This document shows positions 38,179 to 42,629 of a DNA stretch of 42,629 nt, piece by piece. Below the pieces are notes generated by a model that did no database searches, was not told the DNA's origin, and saw only the letters and a list, made by a program, of their open reading frames with translations. The DNA comes from Bdellovibrionota bacterium (GTDB lineage: Bacteria > Bdellovibrionota_C > UBA2361 > CALJRW01), in contig JBGSMD010000010.1 of the NCBI GenBank assembly GCA_041740355.1, positions 1-42,629 of the forward strand, given 5' to 3'. Position numbers and translations under genes: made by a program. Position 1 is the stretch's first letter. Every line of letters begins with the position of its first letter.

Positions 38179-39879
38179 ATGTCACATAGCGAAACACATG
38201 CTGAGGGTACTAATTACCTAAATTGTCAAAAAGGAATTTGGTCTTGGATGACAACTCTTGATCACAAGAGAATTGCCTTGATGTATCTTTTTACACTAAC
38301 CTTCTTTTTCTTTGTCGGAGGACTTTCTGCGCTTGTTGTCAGAACTGAATTGTTTGCTGCCGGAGCACAATTTTTAACTCCGAAGCAATACAACAACTTC
38401 TTCACAATCCATGGTGTTGTGATGGTCTTCTTGTTTATTGTTCCTGGAATTCCAGCAATCATGGGTAACTTCTTGTTGCCATTAATGATTGGAGCTAAAG
38501 ACGTAGCATTCCCGCGCCTTAATTTATTAAGTTACTATATTTATATCATCGGTGCGGTGATGGCTTTGATTTCACTAGTGCCAATTAATACTTTACCATT
38601 TATTAGCCAAGGATTTTCTGATTGGTTAGTAAACACTGCAGGGCTCGGAGGTCCGGTTGATACTGGTTGGACTTTCTATGCACCGTATAGCTTAGCAAAA
38701 AGCGGAACACAGTCTGCTGTAATTTGGATGACCGGTGCAGCTTTCGTACTTGGTTTCTCTTCGATTTTAACGGGACTTAACTTTATTGTAACTGTTCATA
38801 AACTAAGAGCTCCAGGAATGACCTGGGGACGCTTGCCAGTATTTGTTTGGGCAACTTATGCCACTGCAATTATTCAAACTCTGGCTACACCAGTAGTAGG
38901 AATCTCCTTATTATTAGTAATCATGGAGCGAGTATTCGGGGTTGGTATTTTCGACCCTACATTAGGCGGAGATCCAATTCTTTACTCCCACTTATTCTGG
39001 TTTTACTCTCACCCAGTTGTATACATCATGGTACTTCCGGCGTTTGGAGTAATTGGTGAGATTATTCCAGTTTTTTCCAGAAAGCCTATCTTTGGTTACA
39101 AAATGGTTTGTGGCGCAACTTTTGGTATCGCTTTAATCGGATTCGTAGTTTGGGCTCACCACATGTTTACATCAATTGGTGATACCGCTGCTTACGTCTT
39201 TTCCTTTTTAACATTTTTCGTTGCCGTTCCAACTGCCGTGAAAGTGTTTAACTGGGTTAGCACAATGTATAAAGGTTCCATCAGTTTTAACACTCCTATG
39301 CTGTACGCTATGTCCTTTGTTTTCTTGTTTATGATCGCTGGAACAACAGGGATTTACTTAGCAACTTTAGCAGTGGATGTGTTTTACCATGACACTTATT
39401 TTGTTGTGGCGCACTTTCACTACACAATGCAAGGTGGGGCAGTAATTGGACTAATTGCGGCGCTTCATTTCTGGTTCCCAAAAATGACTGGTAAAATGTA
39501 TAATGAAACTATTTCTAAATTAACTTTTGTTTTGGTCATGATTGGTTTTAACTTAACTTTTTTACCGCAGTTTGTTCTGGGGATGAAAGGCATGCCAAGA
39601 CGTTACTTTGACTACACAGGCTTAGAGCATTTTGATTTGCTTCAAACCCTTCATGCGACATCAACTGTTGGTGCTTACATTAATGCTCTGGGATATTTCC
39701 TAGCCTTGATTAACTTATTATATTTTTTCTGGTTTGGTAAAACTAAAGCTCCTGCTAATCCATTTAACTCCTTATCTTTAGAATGGCAGACACAATCTCC
39801 ACCAATTCATGAGAATTTCGCTGAGACCCCAATTGTCACTGATTGGACATATGGCTACGGAACTAAAAAAGACGCCTAA
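38179..39879 (+). CDS. coxA: Cytochrome c oxidase subunit I, type A2
   Basis: DHKRI, TIHG, AFPRLN, GWTFYAP, FWFYSHPVVY (YS motif of A2 enzymes), WAHHMF, VAHFH, GMPRRY. Confidence 0.97.
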   Translation: MSHSETHAEGTNYLNCQKGIWSWMTTLDHKRIALMYLFTLTFFFFVGGLSALVVRTELFAAGAQFLTPKQYNNFFTIHGVVMVFLFIVPGIPAIMGNFLLPLMIGAKDVAFPRLNLLSYYIYIIGAVMALISLVPINTLPFISQGFSDWLVNTAGLGGPVDTGWTFYAPYSLAKSGTQSAVIWMTGAAFVLGFSSILTGLNFIVTVHKLRAPGMTWGRLPVFVWATYATAIIQTLATPVVGISLLLVIMERVFGVGIFDPTLGGDPILYSHLFWFYSHPVVYIMVLPAFGVIGEIIPVFSRKPIFGYKMVCGATFGIALIGFVVWAHHMFTSIGDTAAYVFSFLTFFVAVPTAVKVFNWVSTMYKGSISFNTPMLYAMSFVFLFMIAGTTGIYLATLAVDVFYHDTYFVVAHFHYTMQGGAVIGLIAALHFWFPKMTGKMYNETISKLTFVLVMIGFNLTFLPQFVLGMKGMPRRYFDYTGLEHFDLLQTLHATSTVGAYINALGYFLALINLLYFFWFGKTKAPANPFNSLSLEWQTQSPPIHENFAETPIVTDWTYGYGTKKDA

Positions 39880-39906
39880 TAAGACGCCTAATTTATAATT
39901 GTAATT

Positions 39907-40791
39907 ATGAGTACTCCTACAACATCAAATGCAATCGAAAGTGGACCTCCACATGTTCATCACATGGATGCCCCAACAGCCTATCATGCTGCTAAATTGG
40001 GAATGTGGCTCTTCTTAGCAACAGAGGTTTTGCTTTTTGGCGGACTGTTCACAGCTTTTGCACTTTATCGCTATGTGTATTTTGCTGAGTTCCAAGCTGC
40101 GAGTGTAAACTTAGACTGGAGAATGGGAGCACTAAATACCGCCTTCCTAATTTTTAGTAGCTTCACTGCCGCCTTAGCCATGGACGCTGCGCAACATGGT
40201 GACAATGCCAAGGTTAGAAGAAATATTTTAATCACTTTGGCCTGTGGAGTTGTTTTCTTGGTAGTTAAGTATTTTGAATACAAAGGTAAGGTAGCTTACG
40301 GACTTTTTCCTTATGGTGTTAAAGGATTTGAAAATTTCCTTTTTGTCGGAGCACTTTGTTTAGCAATCGGTGCTTCTGGTGTGGTTATTTTTACACACAA
40401 TGCCAAACTTAAAATCCCTACGATCTTGGCTTCAATTGCCCTAGTTGTTGCTTTCTATTTTCTAAAAGGAAGTATTGCTACTATTAGTTTTGATTTAGCA
40501 AATTTGTTTCCATTTGGTCATGCACATCACCCAGAAACAAAAATGGTTTTTAATAGCCCTGAATTTAATACTGCTTACAAATCTTACTTTGGACTTTATT
40601 ACTGCATGACTGGCTTACATGCCTTGCACGTAATCCTTGGAATGGGAATTTTATTTTGGGTTTACTTAAAAGCTCTTAATAATAGATTTTCTGCTAATTA
40701 TTATACTCCAGTGGAACTTGGTGCGCTTTATTGGCACTTAGTCGATTTAATTTGGATTTACCTTTTCCCTTTACTTTACCTTGTTGGATAA
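39907..40791 (+). CDS. coxC: Cytochrome c oxidase subunit III with internal insertion
   Basis: GMWLFLATEVLLFGGLF, TGLHALHV, LYWHLVDLIWIYLFPLLY. Confidence 0.94.
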   Translation: MSTPTTSNAIESGPPHVHHMDAPTAYHAAKLGMWLFLATEVLLFGGLFTAFALYRYVYFAEFQAASVNLDWRMGALNTAFLIFSSFTAALAMDAAQHGDNAKVRRNILITLACGVVFLVVKYFEYKGKVAYGLFPYGVKGFENFLFVGALCLAIGASGVVIFTHNAKLKIPTILASIALVVAFYFLKGSIATISFDLANLFPFGHAHHPETKMVFNSPEFNTAYKSYFGLYYCMTGLHALHVILGMGILFWVYLKALNNRFSANYYTPVELGALYWHLVDLIWIYLFPLLYLVG

Positions 40792-40795
40792 TTGT

Positions 40796-41143
40796 ATGAG
40801 TAACGAACATAAACACGACAATCAGGATGTTGAAAGTCACGATCATGAGCTTGGTCATATCGTTCCCTTTAAAATTTATGTAACAATCTTCTCGTCTTTA
40901 ATTGCTCTCACTATATTAACTGTAGTTGTAGCAAAAGCTCCGATTTTTCACTTTGGGAATACTATTAACTTAATTGTAGCAATGTTGTTGGCTTCCGTTA
41001 AAGCTGGGTTAGTATCTTTGTTTTTTATGCACTTAAAATATGAAAATCCAATTACTTGGATGTATGTATTTTTCCCAATTTTTTTACTGTTTATTATGAT
41101 GGCTGGAATTTTTATCGACAATCCGATGCGAACGCTTCCATAA
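40796..41143 (+). CDS. coxD: Cytochrome c oxidase subunit IV (caa3-type CtaF/CoxD)
   Basis: His-rich N-terminus, three TM helices, KAGLVSLFFMHLKYE. The ATG at 40796 is preferred to the TTG at 40781. Confidence 0.9.
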   Translation: MSNEHKHDNQDVESHDHELGHIVPFKIYVTIFSSLIALTILTVVVAKAPIFHFGNTINLIVAMLLASVKAGLVSLFFMHLKYENPITWMYVFFPIFLLFIMMAGIFIDNPMRTLP

Positions 41144-41147
41144 CTGA

Positions 41148-41546
41148 ATGAATAATATCATCTATCAAGAAAAATTTATTAGTTGGCCAATAATTAGCTT
41201 TGTCTTAATACTTGATCTCTTACTGTTCATCACTTTACGTGGTTCTACTGCTTCCATTTTTATAATATTTGCATCATTCTTTTTATTGCTTAATATTTAT
41301 TCCTTAAATATTGAGATGGATGGTGATGGAATTTATTATGCTTTTGGATTTGGACTAATTGCCTTTTCGCTTCCTGTTAACAAAATCGCCGGGTTTGATA
41401 TTCAAGATATTAACTCACTCTTACCTTGGGTATACAATCCTAAGGGCTTTCAAAGTTTAGTAATTAAACTAAAAGATCAGCGATCCATTCGCTTACCTTC
41501 TCGTGAACCTAAAAGAATTATCAGTTATCTACAAAATAAAATTTAA
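41148..41546 (+). CDS. Small membrane protein (two TM helices plus PH-like tail)
   Basis: Two hydrophobic segments then a beta-rich tail, tightly coupled to neighbouring genes. Confidence 0.65.
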   Translation: MNNIIYQEKFISWPIISFVLILDLLLFITLRGSTASIFIIFASFFLLLNIYSLNIEMDGDGIYYAFGFGLIAFSLPVNKIAGFDIQDINSLLPWVYNPKGFQSLVIKLKDQRSIRLPSREPKRIISYLQNKI

Positions 41547-42266
41547 ATGATGGAATTATTAACGTTTGCCAATATGGCAGCACTGCTTAGCCTAATCTCA
41601 CTAGAACTTGTTCTAGGGATTGATAACATTCTCTTTATGGAGGTGATCCTAAGTAAGGTTCAACCCGAATATCGCCAAAAAGCTAGAATGATTGGCTTAG
41701 GTCTAGCCATGTTCTTCCGTATTTTATTACTTCTTTTTATTAGCTTTTTATTAAAGTTAACGCAGCCTTTATTTACGATGTTTGAAATTGATTTTTCAAT
41801 TAAAGGCTTAATTCTAATTGCTGGGGGGCTTTTCCTTTTGGTGAAAGCCACGCTTGAAATTCACCACATGGTGGACGATGCTCAAAAACCTGCTGAAAGT
41901 AAAAAGGTGATGATTAAAAGTTTTGCTTCAGCGATCATTCAGATTTTGATTATCGATTTAATTTTTTCACTAGATTCTGTAATTACAGCAGTTGGAATGA
42001 CAGAGCATGTTTGGATTATGGTTGTTTCGATTGTCTTCACTGTTTTTTGTATGTTATTTATGGCAGCCGCCATTGGACGAATTGTAGCTAAGTACCCAAC
42101 TTTAAAAATGTTAGCTCTCGCTTTCTTATTAATCGTTGGATTAATGTTGGTTGCTGATGGACTTGGACAGCACATCAATCGTAATTACCTTTACTTTGCG
42201 ATGCTGTTCTCAGTTTTCGTGGAGTTCTTGAATATTAAGACTCGGGGGTCAGAGACGAGTAATTAA
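41547..42266 (+). CDS. TerC family integral membrane protein
   Basis: LELVLGIDNI, GGLFLLVKATLEIH, DLIFSLDSVITAVGM, PTLKMLALAFL. Confidence 0.93.
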   Translation: MMELLTFANMAALLSLISLELVLGIDNILFMEVILSKVQPEYRQKARMIGLGLAMFFRILLLLFISFLLKLTQPLFTMFEIDFSIKGLILIAGGLFLLVKATLEIHHMVDDAQKPAESKKVMIKSFASAIIQILIIDLIFSLDSVITAVGMTEHVWIMVVSIVFTVFCMLFMAAAIGRIVAKYPTLKMLALAFLLIVGLMLVADGLGQHINRNYLYFAMLFSVFVEFLNIKTRGSETSN

Positions 42267-42358
42267 TTTTAAACCTTAAATTACCAATAAGCATCCTACT
42301 AATTAGAATTCTAGATAAAGTATAATTAGTTGCTATGATTGGCTCTCTAAATATTATA

Positions 42359-42629
42359 TATAGTAAGTCCAATAAATAAATTACGTAAGAAGTATGATTT
42401 TCTATATCTATAGTCTTGAAGATATGTCATAAGTGACATGTGTCCCGAAAGTTAGAAATCAATAAGGAAGTAGCGAGCCATAAGGAACTATTGGTATCGA
42501 TGCATAGTGCTCCGACAAAGAAGGGTTTTCATATTTATCAGGCGATAGATTTTCTTTATCAAGAGAAAAGCCTAAAGGAAGTCTCTTGTCTCCTTCATTT
42601 TACAGAGCATAGTATTAGAAAATGGATTC
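42359..42629 (+). mobile_element. Left end of an IS630-family insertion sequence (truncated by the window edge)
   Basis: TA-initiated terminus TATAGTAAGTCCAATAAATAAATTAC at 42359-42384, followed by an open frame running to the window end. Confidence 0.7.
42440..42629 (+). CDS. IS630-like transposase N-terminal HTH region (partial, not in the ORF track)
   Basis: GTG start gives VSRKLEINKEVASHKELLVSMHSAPTKKGFHIYQAIDFLYQEKSLKEVSCLLHFTEHSIRKWI. The 'AI.LL...S..EVA..L......I.KW' pattern is typical of IS630 transposase HTH domains. Confidence 0.7.
   Translation, partial: MSRKLEINKEVASHKELLVSMHSAPTKKGFHIYQAIDFLYQEKSLKEVSCLLHFTEHSIRKWI

Overview
AT-rich bacterial chromosomal segment. The gene content (MXAN_5187-like protein, insert-type GyrB, A2-type caa3 oxidase, Flp pilin, DUF3015/DUF4105 pair) suggests a 'deltaproteobacterial'/Bdellovibrionota-like organism, which is an inference. 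It opens with a probable replication origin (DnaA boxes, DnaA-trios, AT-rich unwinding region) ahead of dnaN-recF-gyrB. Then come glmU, icd, scattered argB/argD/argC, several membrane glycosyltransferases, a DUF3015-DUF4105-zincin cluster, an AAA_14/DUF4143 ATPase, a flavoprotein disulfide reductase, an adenylate-kinase-like gene, yqeY, an MntR/DtxR regulator, SCO plus a cytochrome c oxidase operon and terC. It ends inside an IS630-family transposase. The most striking signals are non-coding. (i) Short MITE-like repeats have ends that match the IS630 terminus at the window end. (ii) A ~30-nt REP-like hairpin is precisely present or absent at the same hairpin apex in copies of that MITE, with no target duplication. 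(iii) A TTAA-flanked MITE has split a TAATG-coupled gene pair. Features missed by the ORF track are a 42-aa very basic protein with its own promoter, a Flp pilin, and a gene split by an 8-nt tandem repeat. argB and argD are divergent and share one CATG. All calls come from reading the sequence, and no database searches were run.
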